A stretch of 57,558 nucleotides of DNA, filler included, from Dugesia japonica (Eukaryota): the NCBI GenBank assembly GCA_001938525.1. It is 6 parts of 6 records of this genome, joined end to end, with 100 filler letters (N's around TTAATTAATTAA, not from the genome) between each part and the next. Parts side by side here need not be neighbours in the genome. Positions count along the whole stretch, not along the records: positions 1 to 8,879 come from MQRL01615914.1; positions 8,980 to 21,340 come from MQRL01484053.1; 4 more parts are not named here. One strand, 5' to 3'. The number at the start of each line of letters is the position of its first letter. The first letter of the stretch is position 1. The notes under the pieces were generated by a model. It had not been told where the DNA came from and searched no databases. It was given only the letters and a program-made list of their open reading frames with translations. The position numbers were made by a program, and so were the translations under genes. Positions 1-11,900 of the stretch are shown one piece after another.

Positions 1-268
1 AAATATTTATTATTTATTTTCCAAGATATTCATAAGTCTATTTGAAAAACTGTTTTTGTCGTATAGCTATTATAAAAGAAAACACTTTTGTTGTGCGACC
101 GTCAATAACCAAAAGATTGTGCACCCCTGGTATATCTTTAAGTATCATCGCCATTTTAATAAAAAAAAATTGTTCAAAACATTTCAGTAGTTTTCTATTA
201 TATTTTTTTCAAATATATATTTTTTAATTTAACTAAAAATGTTTTGTTTAAATTTTATTTGAATTTAG

Positions 269-406
269 ATTTTCTGAAATGTCTTGTCTTGGACTTACAT
301 TATTTGTCATAATAATGTGGATTTCAAGAAACATTCAAGGTCATGGATGGGGTTGCGCATTTAGAAATGTATCTGCTAATAATGGAACATCTGATTGTGA
401 TTCACA
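269..406 (+). CDS. SLC13-family Na+:dicarboxylate/citrate/sulfate cotransporter, internal exon
   Basis: ttag|A..CA|gtaagt boundaries; translates FSEMSCLGLTLFVIIMWISRNIQGHGWGCAFRNVSANNGTSDCDSQ, matching the SLC13 pattern (S)FxE..LF..LW..R....GW; joins in phase with the next exon. Confidence 0.85.
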
Positions 407-991
407 GTAAGTATATGAAAAATAGGTTCAGATTTCTTAAATCTGAGATAATCGCTTATCTCAAATATTTATTATGAATAAAAACAAAATTTCTTGACAG
501 ATTATTTGTTAACTTATGGTAAAATTTTCAAACTTAATTTTCTTATATATAAGGTTTTTCAAATAGTTTTCACGATTTTTCACAGTTCAACTTTGAAAAC
601 AATGTAGCAAAGTAAGCACATAATAAATAAAAACTAAACAAAAATTTAAGAAATGTAAGAAAAAATCTAAATATAATGGCTAATAATTTGCTTACTTTTT
701 ATAGAAATTTATTTATTATTTATTTATTTATTTTATACATATATATTTTTTACTAATATTATTAATAAAAAACGATCATTTAAAAAACGATACTGTATAT
801 AACATAAAAGTGTAGAAATAAAATTATTTACATAAATGAATAAGTGAAAGATATTTATTTGAAAAAAAGTATAAATTGTAAGTAAAACATCACCAATGCC
901 TAAATTAGTAAATTAAAATAAGTTAGTTTTAAAATGTTTTATAATTTACTTTAAAATAACATTTTATTTTATAAAAAAAAATTTTTTTTAG

Positions 992-1083
992 ATATGTAAG
1001 TGACGCCACACCAATGGTTTTCGTAATATTTTTACTTTTCATATGGCCTACAAAGTGGGACTTTTGGAGAAAAGTTGATACAG
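992..1083 (+). CDS. SLC13-family transporter, internal exon
   Basis: tttag|..G|gtattt boundaries; YVSDATPMVFVIFLLFIWPTKWDFWRKVDT matches SLC13 YVSDAT..F...LLF..P; phases are compatible with both flanking exons. Confidence 0.9.
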
Positions 1084-1269
1084 GTATTTATATATATTAT
1101 TACTATTATTATCATTGTAATATGACTTTTATTCATATTAAATTCTAAATTATAAATATACTTTAAACATATTCATTTTGTTTAAATAATATATTTTAAT
1201 AGAAAAGCAGAAATTTGAATTTAATAAATATTGCCNTCTTTATCTTATATTTATGGAATCAAAATTGTA

Positions 1270-1471
1270 CGAACTCAAGAATATATAATCAAGTAGTTAA
1301 TATTTCACCTAGCTTCTTTTGGATTAAAATGTCCAGAAAACGAATCTGAAAGTCAATTGATTTCTCTTAAGTGAATTTAATATTATCAGCTATACTATTG
1401 GCTAATTCTAAAATGTTCTCTAAAGGAGAATTAGTTACAAAGAAAATATCATCTATNTATCTAAGCCATAG
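1270..1471 (-). mobile_element. Penelope-like element reverse transcriptase remnant (intronic)
   Basis: Minus strand reads LWLR(Y)IDDIFFVTNSPLENILELANSIADNIKFT*EKSIDFQIRFLDILI..; the WxRYxDDIF / IKFTxE / FLD arrangement is typical of PLE RT; contains stops. Confidence 0.7.
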
Positions 1472-1539
1472 ATCAGTGATGGCGAACGTGTGCGTAAGAA
1501 ATTAACTGACCCGCTGCCTGAACATTTGTCATTTGATTG

Positions 1540-2220
1540 ACTTTATTTCAAGATTTCAGCCCTAGTTGTCAAGAAACCACTAAAATGTTTGGTTTGACCA
1601 AATTGGTCACATCAAATGATTTTGTTCTTAATAAGGATTCAAACGCTTTTGCTTATTGTGAATATCCTTTAATGAATTTTCTATACCAATTAGTTAAATT
1701 CCAAAATAGTCTAACGTGTTTGACATGACTAGTTTCTCAAATGATTTAATATATATTTCAATTTATCATTATCAGACGTAATACTATCAATATGAATTAT
1801 CTGACATAAAAATTTTATTTCTGATTCTTAAAATTTACATTTGCCATAATTGATTCTTAAACCCGATTTTAATATTTTTATAAATAGCTTATCTAAAATT
1901 GTAATATGTTCATCCATGGTTTTCGAAAAAAGTGAAATATTATTCAGATAGAATAAACTTTCTTTCCAATTCATGTCACCAATGACATTTGTCATAATTT
2001 TCTGAAATATTGATGGAGCTGTGATAATTCTAAATGACATCCTATTAAAATGATATTGTCCACATTTTGTAGAAAATGTTGTTTTCAATTTTTTATTCAT
2101 AATATAATAATAATATTAATAATATATTAATAATATATTAATAATAATATTAATATATCATAATATTAATAATATGCACTTTTAATATCTATTGAAGAAA
2201 AATAGTTAATTCTATGTATT
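1540..2220 (-). mobile_element. Ty3/Gypsy RT remnant (intronic)
   Basis: YFSSIDIKSAY, TTFSTKCGQYHFNRMSF..TAPSIFQKIM, degenerate YLNNI (YxDD), KCKF and WYRKFIKGYS; frameshifted. Confidence 0.85.
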
Positions 2221-2390
2221 AGGTAGTTGCATTAGTTCTCGCTGTTTGTTTTAATTAACTAACTTATTAAAAATTTTAGCAATAATTTAAATCAATCGGT
2301 AATATTTGTTTAGTATTAATATTAAAATATTACAATAATGGTATATTATTTAGTTAAGTTGTACAGCAAACGAAAAACAATCCATTTAAT

Positions 2391-2980
2391 TTGACTAGTT
2401 TTATTCCAAAAAACCCACATTTGCGAGAGGCGTTGCTTTTTTGTTTTCATCTCAAAAGAAGTACTGCAGAAAGTCATATGATGCTTTCAGAAGCTTATGG
2501 CAACCATGCTCTGTTTCAGTAATTCAAAATGGGTGACTTTGATTTGCAAAATAAACAACGTTCAGGTCAACCAAAGCGCTTTTTAGATAAAGATTTGGAA
2601 AAGGTGTTGATCAAAGATCGATCCAAAATAATTGAAACAATGTCAGAAATCATTAATGTAAATAAATTTACCATAAGCAGACGATAAAAAGCCATTGAAT
2701 ACAAATAGAAAGTCGGTAAATGGTTGCCTCATCAATTAAAACAAACATATATCGCAAAACGATTAAAGATTTGTCAGACGCTTCTCAGCAGGCAAAGAAA
2801 AAAGTTTTTTTTACTACGCATTGTTACTTGTGATGAAAAATGAATTTCTTATAAAAATCCGAAACTAAGAAAATCATGGGTAAAGCCTGGTAAACATGGA
2901 AAATCAACACCAAAACGAGACTTGCATGGAAACAAGGTGATGTTATCCATTTTTTGAGATCAAAGGGGATTATTTATTTA
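2391..2980 (+). mobile_element. mariner (Mos1/mauritiana-like) transposase pseudogene, 3'-truncated
   Basis: LLFCFHLKRSTAESHMMLSEAYG, GDFDL, KVGKWLPHQL (WVPHEL motif), RIVTCDEK and KVMLSIF*DQRG, collinear with Mos1; several stops. Confidence 0.9.
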
Positions 2981-3084
2981 TATTTTTTCTTATTATTAAA
3001 AAACAGCGAGAATTAATGCAACTACCTAATAATAAATATAGCATTTGTTATCAGTTTGAAACGATTAATGAATATCTATTTCAG

Positions 3085-3194
3085 ATGATCCTGGTTACGA
3101 ACGACTTCTAACGTGGGAATATACGCATAATAATTTACCTTGGGCAATTGTTTTTCTTTTAGGCACAGGATTTGCTATAACTGAGATATGCACT
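3085..3194 (+). CDS. SLC13-family transporter, internal exon
   Basis: ttcag|..|gtaagt boundaries; DDPGYERLLTWEYTHNNLPWAIVFLLGTGFAITEICT matches SLC13 LLxW......PW.I..LLGGGFA. Confidence 0.9.
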
Positions 3195-4491
3195 GTAAGT
3201 GTTATATTGATTATCTAAAGTTATACATAAAAATATATCATTATACGAAATGATTTTTGAAGGTTTTAAAATTTAATTTAAATGTTTCGAATTATTTTTT
3301 TTTAAATTAATTGAAATTATTAAAGATTTTGTTGTTTAAAAAAATTTTAATAATAAAAATTATTGGTTTCGTAGTTTTAGCTAAAAGCTATCTCAAAATT
3401 TTATTGATTAAAAATGTACGAAATTGATTGGATTATTAACCAAAATAAATTGACTTCAAGTGATTTCCTTAACAATATCTAATTTCATTGATATAATTGT
3501 TTAAACTAGATACAGAATTATCTTTAAAATGATAACTTATTAAAAGATAAAAAATAAGATCATTATCATCATCAAAAGACATTTTATTTAATAATAATTT
3601 TACCTGTTACGTTACTATAACTATAACTTTACTATAACTTTACTATTATTTTAATAGTAGATAGATAGTGGCACACGGGCACAATTTAGCAATGAGCCAA
3701 AATTCAGGCACAATTATTTTTAAGCAGTTATCGAGAGCCCCTCCCCCAGGGAGGTCTCGGAAATACATTATGCTTGAGCTGTGTTTTTTAACTATGATTN
3801 TTGTGATCGTTTTTTTTCTAAGACTTTTAGAATCAAAAAATTTTTGATCGGATCAAATTTTTTTTTGATCTGATTAGTTTTTTTTAACCTGAAGGTTTGT
3901 GTGTGTATTTTTAAATTTTAAATTTTCTGTGTTTGGGTTGTTAAGGTGATTTTTAAAACGTAGGTTAAGTTGTATTTGTATGTGTGTGTGAAAGACTGGA
4001 AAAAACGAGGAGGAGTAGCTGGAGATCTTAGAGATAATTTTTTGGGATTTTGAAGATTTATTTGTTGTTGGACAAAAATTTGGTCTATATATTGTCTAAA
4101 GGACTTATGAGTTTTGATAGATGGTTTTCACTACAATGGTAGTGGCACACGGGCACAGGTGTATGAGTTATCGTGGGTGTTTTTTGTTTTGGTTGTAGGT
4201 TTTTATGTTGTTGATGGAATTTGTCATCGGATTTAAAAAGATTTATTTGAAATTTTTCTGTCGGTTGGTTATGACGTCATAAAATTTTGATATATTTAAT
4301 TTAGTAAAAAAGGCTGTATATTGCTTAATTTGATGAATTTAATGAAACTAATGTCATTTTTGAGTATTTGATGTATTTTTGGTTATTTCTTCGGTATTTC
4401 GATCAGGGAAGGTTTGTTTTGTAAGATTTTCGAACGAAAAAAGCGAAGTCTTGTTATTTTTGAATACTTTTTTAGTGGTAAATTCAAAATC

Positions 4492-4640
4492 TTTTTGGCA
4501 GGAAATTCAAAAAAATTAATTTGGCGGGAAATTCAAAAAAAATTATTTTGGGCGGAAATTCAAAAAAAATATTTTGACGGGAAATTCAAAAATAATGCTT
4601 TTGGCGGGAAATTCAAAAACAATATTTTGGTTGGAAATTT
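4492..4640 (+). promoter_or_regulatory. Six ~26-bp tandem units with TTTTGGCGGGAAA (E2F-like) cores
   Basis: tttggcgggaaattcaaaa and variants at ~4492, 4520, 4547, 4572, 4599 and 4625; matches the E2F consensus TTTSSCGC/GGCGGGAAA; function is inferred. Confidence 0.5.
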
Positions 4641-4719
4641 TTCATTGTAACGGGCGGAAATCTTTTTATTATAATTAAATCAAATTTAATTAAATTACTT
4701 TTTTATGTAAGAGATGGGG

Positions 4720-5165
4720 TAGTCTTGATTTTTTGCATGCAGAGTCTCTATATTTTGTATAAGATGGGCAATCCTGATATTTTTTAAGATATTATTACAA
4801 GATATCTATGCATGGTATGGGCAGACTTGATATTGTTTAGATATTATTACAAGATATTTATGCATGTAATGGGCAGTCTTGATATTTTTTAAGATATCCA
4901 TGCATAGTATGGGCAGACTTGATATTTTTTAAGATATTATTACAAGATATTTATGCATGTTATGGGCAGTCTTGATATTTTTTAGATATTATTACAAGAT
5001 ATCGGACAGTCTTGATTGCAGCGTTTTGATTTTTTTCTTTATTTTTTTACTTTAGATGGCTCAGTCTTGATATTTTTTGTAAGAGATTGAGGCATTATTG
5101 ATTTTTTTAAAATTATTTTTGCTTTAGATGTGACAGTCTTGTTATTTTGCAAGGAATGAACAGTC
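4720..5165. repeat. Degenerate ~40-55 bp tandem repeat in the left TIR
   Basis: Recurrent gggcagtcttgatattttttaagatattattacaagatat(c/t)tatgcatg. Confidence 0.85.
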
Positions 5166-5935
5166 TAAAATTCATAGGCACGTGATTTTCAGTGTATCTG
5201 TGTTTCATCTGAGTTGCATATCTATTGCATTTATTTAAAAGAAATTCAAAATGGCGGCTATATTGGGTTTTTTTAAATCAAAATGGTGGCTATGTTGAGT
5301 TTTAAAAATTCTCAGACTTGTGATTTTTAGTGTATGTGTGTTGCAGTTGTAATGCTTCTGAGTTGTATTTATGAAAATATATCTATCAAAACACTTTCAA
5401 GAGGGGAGTCTTTGTGAAATTTACATGTTAAAATATATTTATTAAAAATAATCAAAGAGGGGAGTCTTTGTAATATTTTACATCCATCTTTTCATCATAT
5501 GGTTTTTGATCATCTTGATTGGTTGTTTCTTTTATTTCTTCATTAATATTCATGGATTTGTTATCAATAGCGGAAATTAAATTTTTTAATTTTTCATGTT
5601 TCACAAAATGTTTAATAACTCTTACACTTTGATCTGGATTTTCAAAGATATTTTAATAGAAATTCATTTTTTTTGTTTTTGTAAAAGTGAATATTATTTT
5701 AAAAAAAGAGGTCTTATTTATATAAACCAGGATACCAATCATAACTATTGTAACGAATATTATCGAATCATATCAACTTTATCAAACATTAACTAATCAT
5801 ACAAATTTAAATGAATAATAACAAAACATATCAAATAATAACCAATATGATCTCGCAAATAACGAGTATGTGTGTATCGCAAATAGTATATAAGCAAAAG
5901 TTATACATAACATTAATCACTTTTACAATTAAAAA

Positions 5936-6407
5936 ATGCAAGAAAACCAACTCACTATGGAAAACATCTCAACTAAAACTGTGGAACTTGGAAAAATTAC
6001 AGATTTCCATAATTACAAGTTCTTTTTGAAGACTCCAATTATCTATGACTTCAAAGTAATTATTTTTTATTTCATTATAAATTAATATTTTATTTTAGAA
6101 ACCAGTTTCAATAAAAAGATCCAAATTTAGTTTGTTTCTATCTGGAATTCATGACAAGGATAGAAATATACTGGAAGCTTTGTTTGATAGATTAAGCAGA
6201 CACATTAAAGTCTATGAAGTTATTTATATAGGTTTTAAAGAAAGAGACGAGAACCAATATGAAGACAACAACCAATTCATGATTCAAGTGGATATTAAAA
6301 GTTTCAAGAAGTCCATTAATTNNNNNNNNNNNNNNNNNNNNNNNNNNNNNNNNNNNNNNNNNNNNNNNNNNATATGGAAAGTTAAAAATATTACAATAAA
6401 GATCTAA
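5936..6407 (+). CDS. Spliced two-exon cargo gene (5936 or 5957..6055, 6099..6407), ~135-140 aa; putative OB-fold ssDNA-binding protein
   Basis: 43-bp gtaatt..ttttag intron joins MENISTKTVELGKITDFHNYKFFLKTPIIYDFK in frame to KPVSIKRSKFSLFLSG..IWKVKNITIKI*; TATAAA near 5721 and AATAAA at 6453; a 50-N gap lies in exon 2; product call is inference. Confidence 0.6.
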
Positions 6408-6499
6408 GTTTGTTTACTTAATGTTTGCTTCGTGTTATGTTTTTTATACTGAAATAAATCTTTATGAAAACAAAGTCTTTTAAATTTTAATAACAAACA

Positions 6500-7585
6500 A
6501 TAAACTTATAAAACCTATATTACAAAGTTCCTAAGTAAATATTACAAATATTACACACATAAACCATATATTACAAGGTGACTAAGTAAAAATACCTTCA
6601 TAAACCTGATATTAGGCGTTTGCTATGTAAATAATTATCTTATAATCCTTATAATACAAGTTTGCTATGTATTATATTTCATTATATTTCTTCTATTTCA
6701 TAAACCTTATATTTCATGGTTGCTAGGTATTAATACACATAAAATTCTTATAATACATGGTTGCTATGTAAATAATACAAGATAACTATGTAAAAAAACA
6801 GACTCATAAACCATATAATACATGGTTACAATGTAAATAATACATACAGAAACCATTAAATGATTGTTTTCTAAATAATATACGCGTAAACCCTATAATA
6901 CACCGTTGTTATGCAAATAATACATGGTTGCTATGTATTATTGCACTCAGAATCGTAATAATATATGGTTGCTATGTAAATAATACAAGGTAACTAAGTA
7001 AAAAGACGGACTCATAAACCCTATAATACAAGGTTGCTATGTAAGTAATGTACTGATAAACCTTATATTTTATGGTTGCTATAATACACAATTACTATGT
7101 AAATAATACACACAAAAATCATATATTAAACGGTTGTTATGTAAATATTAAATGGTACCTAAGCAAATATTACACTTATAAATCTTAAATTACACGGCTA
7201 ATATGTTAATAATATACTCATAAACTCTATATTAAGTTTTTACTATGTAAAAAGTGCTTCATAAGTCTTATATTACACGTTTGTTATTTAAATAATTCCC
7301 TCATAAGTCTTATATTTCATTGTTGGTATGTAAAGAATACAAGGTAACTATGCAAATAATATACTCATAAACCCTATAATACTGGGTTATTATGTATTAA
7401 TACTCTCATAAACCTTATATTTATGGTTGCTATGTAAATAATACAAGGTAATTATGCAAATAGTGTACTCATAAATTATATTATTCAGGATTACTTTGTA
7501 ATAATACACTCATAATCCTTATTATGCATGGTTGCTATGTAAATAATACAAAGTAGCCATGCAAATAATATACTCATTAACCTTA
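6500..7585. repeat. Degenerate minisatellite array inside the long-TIR element
   Basis: Many copies of cataaaccctataatacatggttgctatgtaaataatac(aaggtaacta). Confidence 0.9.
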
Positions 7586-8879
7586 TAGATATCAAATTAT
7601 TAGACTTTTTTCTATAGACTTATTAGCTATATATGTTTTTATGAAAACGCTCTATGTACAAAAATTTGTCACTGCATCTATATTATTTTATAGAAAGTTA
7701 CATCGGTAAAGAGATTTTTTATTCGAAATTGCATCGGTAATGAGATTCTTTATTAAAAGTTTCATCGGTAATGAGATTTTTATTTGAGAAAATTGTCACT
7801 AGTAATGTTTTTTTAATAGAAAATTGCCACAAGTAATGTTTTTGAAAAAGGTTCTGTTTTTTTATCATTTTGTAAAGAAAGGTTTTAATTTGAATATTTA
7901 TTCATGTAAATGTCACAAAGACTCCCTCTTTGTACATTTTCAATGGATATATTTTTTATCATGAAAATATCGCAAAGACTCTTTGAACTTTTTTATTTGA
8001 ATATTTTAATAAAAGTTATATTTTATCATGTAAATATCACAAAGAATCCCCTCTTGAAAGTGTTTTGATAGATATATTTTCATAAATGCAACTTAGAAGC
8101 ATTACAACTGCAACACACATACACTAAAAATCACAAGTCTAAGAATTTTTAAAACTCAAAATAGCCACCGTTTTGATTTTTAAAAACTCAATATAGCCAC
8201 CATTTTGATTTTTTACAACTCAATATGGCCCCCATTTTGAATTTCTTTTAAATAAATGCAATAGATATGCATCTCAGATGAAACACAGATACACTGAAAA
8301 TAATATCTTAAAAAATATCAAGCCTGCCCATACCAAACATAAATATCGTTTAATTTAATTTATTTAATTATAATAAAAAAATTTCCCCCCATAACAATGA
8401 AAAATTTCCAACCAAAATACTGTTTTTTGAATTTCCCACCATAAATATTTTTTTTAATTTCCCACCAAACGTTTATTAAAAAATATCAAGACTTCGCTCT
8501 CCCCTGTTCGAAAATCTTACAAAACAAACCTTCCCTGATCAAAATACCGAAAAATAACCAAAAATACATCAAATACTCAAAAATGACATTACTTTCATTA
8601 AATTTATCAAATTAAGCAATATACAGCATGTTTTACTAAATTAAATATTTCAAAAATTTATCACGTCATAACCAACATCTTCACCATCACATTATATCTC
8701 CATCAAGCCATCAACCAACAAATTCCATCATTAACATAAAAACCTACAACCAAAACAAAAAACACCCACGATAACTCATACACCTGTGCCCGTGTGCCAC
8801 TACTATTGTAGTGAAAACCATCCATCCAAACTCATAAGTCCTTTAGACAATATATAGACCAAATTTTTGTCCAACAACA

Positions 8880-8979
8880 NNNNNNNNNNNNNNNNNNNNN
8901 NNNNNNNNNNNNNNNNNNNNNNNTTAATTAATTAANNNNNNNNNNNNNNNNNNNNNNNNNNNNNNNNNNNNNNNNNNNN
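8880..8979. other. Artificial contig spacer (N44-TTAATTAATTAA-N44)
   Basis: The same 100-bp linker with stops in all frames also occurs at 21341-21440, 31063-31162, 39713-39812 and 48881-48980. Confidence 0.97.
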
Positions 8980-11900
8980 CTCTGGTTTTCATTTCTTTAG
9001 TTGTTTTTCTTCCTTTTTCTTTTTTGTTACTACTTCTGTGAAGTCGTCTGGTTTTATTGTTTCTACGGTTTCCACCTGTAGCATGCAGGTTTTATTTGAG
9101 TTGTTCACTGCCTTTTCTTATTCTTCTTTTTTACTGTGGCGAATTTGTGTTGTCTCTTTCAAAGCCCTTTTGCGTTTATTGTCATAATTTTTCTATATGT
9201 GCCCTTTTTCGCCACAGGAGTGGCATATTTTATCTCCCCAACAACTTTCTTTTATTTGTCCCTTCTTTTCACATTTTTTGCATTTTTGCATACTAATAAT
9301 GGTCTGCCGTTCTTATTCTATGAGTTTTAGTTTCCTTGCTACTAACCCGGCTTTCTCTTTTGCTTCTTCAGCCATTAGATTTACTTTGTTAGTTATTTTG
9401 TTTAATTCTTGTAGCTGCATAGTTACCGTTAGTAATACATCTTTAGATAAATTCAAAATTTTTACTTCTTCAATGTTCTTTTCATACTTGGTTTTCTTAT
9501 TCTTTGCCGATTTCGGTTCTTGCCATTTTAATACTATCTGTTCGTTAAATAATGTTAATGCTCAGAGACATTTTTTTGCTTAGGCTTATCTTTAATTGGT
9601 TTAGATGTCTATGGTTTGGTTCGTCTTCTTTATTTTGAACGAATATATCGATTCCAGCATTTGTCCAGTGTACTTCTAATTGTATTAGGTCCATGGACTC
9701 ATTGTCAATAAGTGTAGCACAAAAATATAGTTCTGTAGATTTTTCGTCTGCTGATTCTCTTGACTCTTGGTCATTATTTCTAACTAATTCCGCTATATCA
9801 CACCAGAAGTAGTCTCCTGATATTATTAGTTTTCTCTTATTGTACAGCCAGAAAACATTTGCTTCAAAAGATTCTGGTTTTACACCGGATAATCTTTGGC
9901 CTTGGTTGTAAACTAATTCTTCTAATAACACTTGATTTTCTTGATTTATCATTGGTTTAAAATTATAGAGGGCTCCAATGAGTTTGGCTGATCTGGTTGA
10001 AATTAATTCCTTATTTTCACTTATCACTTTGATGATTTTATTTACCCAATCAATTTCTGCTTCTACTTCTTTGGTTATNNNNNNNNNNNNNNNNNNNNNN
10101 NNNNNNNNNNNNNNNNNNNNNNNNNNNNNNNNNNNNNNNNNNNNNNNNNNNNNNNNNNNNNGTTTGCAGTTACGTGATTCACTTCTTCCATTTCCCGGCT
10201 TAATTGCAACATGCTTCACATTTCTAATCTTGGCTTTTCCACTTCAATTTGAAATGTAGTAAAACCTTACTTTGTTCTGACTAATAGTTTTGGCATTAAA
10301 TTTGCCCCTAGTACTGCATCTACGTTGGTTTTCATTACAAGAAGTTGTTGTTTTATTGTTATTCCTTTGATTTGTGCATTGCATTCTAATGTCCCACTGT
10401 TCTAATTCTAATGCACTGTTTCCCCGTTTATACCTGTTGCCTTGAGATATATTCTTTATGTTTAAAACTGATCGAGATGCTCCAGTATCCAACAGTGTTT
10501 TCATTGGTTGGTTTTTAATTCGTATTTTTAGAGAAAGGCTACATTCGCCATCCTGTGTTTCTATTACTGCTATTTGCTCATTTTGTTCCTCTTCGTTGGT
10601 TTCTGTGTTTATTTCTTTTTCTGGAGAGATTTTATTTTCATTTTGCATCATTTCTTCCGGTGAGCTTTCTCTTACTTTGAGTTTTAGTTTAGCTAGGGTT
10701 GCTCTCAGTCGAGTGATTCTTTGCTGATTATTTTTCATTTGTTCTCGTTAGTGACGGTTTTCATTGAAATAATTCCTGTTATCTCCCTGTTTTTTAAATT
10801 TTCCTCCTCTTTATCGTTTTCAATTCGATACCCTTGATCATATTTCATTGAAGAATGATTTTATTAGGAATCAAAATTTCTTCCGACTTCAGTTACATTC
10901 CTTGGTTTTGCAATTTATATTCTGTGTCTACATAATCTTGCAATATGACCTCGTTTTTCACAGATATAACACACTTTATTTTTTGTGTGACAATCTTTAG
11001 CTTGGTGTCCTTGTTTGTTGCAATTGTAACATTTTTGTACTTGCTGAGCCTTTGGTAATACCTCCTTAATTCTTAGGCTTTCAGGTACTTTGATTCTTAG
11101 CATGTGCAATTTTATTGATTCTTTGCTTTGGTTCACAATTTGGTGGCTGAATTTCGTTAACTTCGTTATCGTCTCTTGAACTTTGATTCTCTTCTGTTTG
11201 GACTCTCTTGAGTAGACATCTCTCTTTAGGGTGCTCCTTCTTGCCGCATTTGCTACAATATCTGTGTCAANNNNNNNNNNNNNNNNNNNNNNNNNNNNNN
11301 NNNNNNNNNNNNNNNNNNNNNNNNNNNNNNNNNNNNNNNNNNNNNNNNNNNNNNNNNNNGCAATTTTGACATTTACTTTTCATGTTAATTTGTTTATACC
11401 TTGTTTTTTGACTAGCAGTTTCCTTTCCTAAAATTATTCGTTGCTCTGCTAATACTTCACTCATTGCCTCTGCTTTTAATATAGCGGTGGTCAAATTAGG
11501 GGGTTTCCTTGAAACAATATGACTTCTTACCAATGGGTCTCGTAAGCCAGATCTCAAACATCTTATTATCATTTTTTCATTAGTTAGGCCTGCTAATCTT
11601 CCTAAATCCTTTATTGCGGCTGCAAACTCTTGAAAGGTTTCATTTTTTTCTTGTTTCCTTCCTGCCAGTTGTTCATATCGTCCCCATATCAGTTTATTTT
11701 CTTGTTCTCTTACTGCTCCTTCTTCCATTGCTTTCCTGATCGTAACGTTTTCTGCTTTCTTCATTTCTTGATTTATATGTGCTCTGTTTGATTCTATATG
11801 TAGCATATACAATCTTTTTGGTTCATTTTTCTTGGGTAATATTTTACAAACTTGCCATTTTCCATTCCAAAAACGTACCTCTTCATCTTCTTCCATACTA

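Larger units (their letters stand above)
3656..8879. mobile_element. Non-autonomous long-TIR element, probably Maverick/Polinton-derived; right end lost in the spacer
   Basis: Starts AGTAGATAGATAG (Polinton-like AG terminus with short repeats); ~4064-5480 is the reverse complement of ~7905-8879 apart from an internal deletion in the right arm; no transposase; internal tandem repeats. Confidence 0.7.

Noticed and set aside
6500-7585. CRISPR-like appearance of the repeat arrays (also 4720-5165, 13070-13430, 49440-50240)
   Set aside because: Degenerate tandem units with no unique spacers and no cas genes, in a eukaryotic context
8880-8979. TTAATTAATTAA palindrome within N runs, five occurrences
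   Set aside because: Fixed 100-bp artificial contig joiner; not biological, and no linkage can be inferred across it
9057-9583. Plus-strand hydrophobic ORFs (also 10458-10727, 11852-12046, 55127-56893)
   Set aside because: Antisense shadows of minus-strand transposon coding regions
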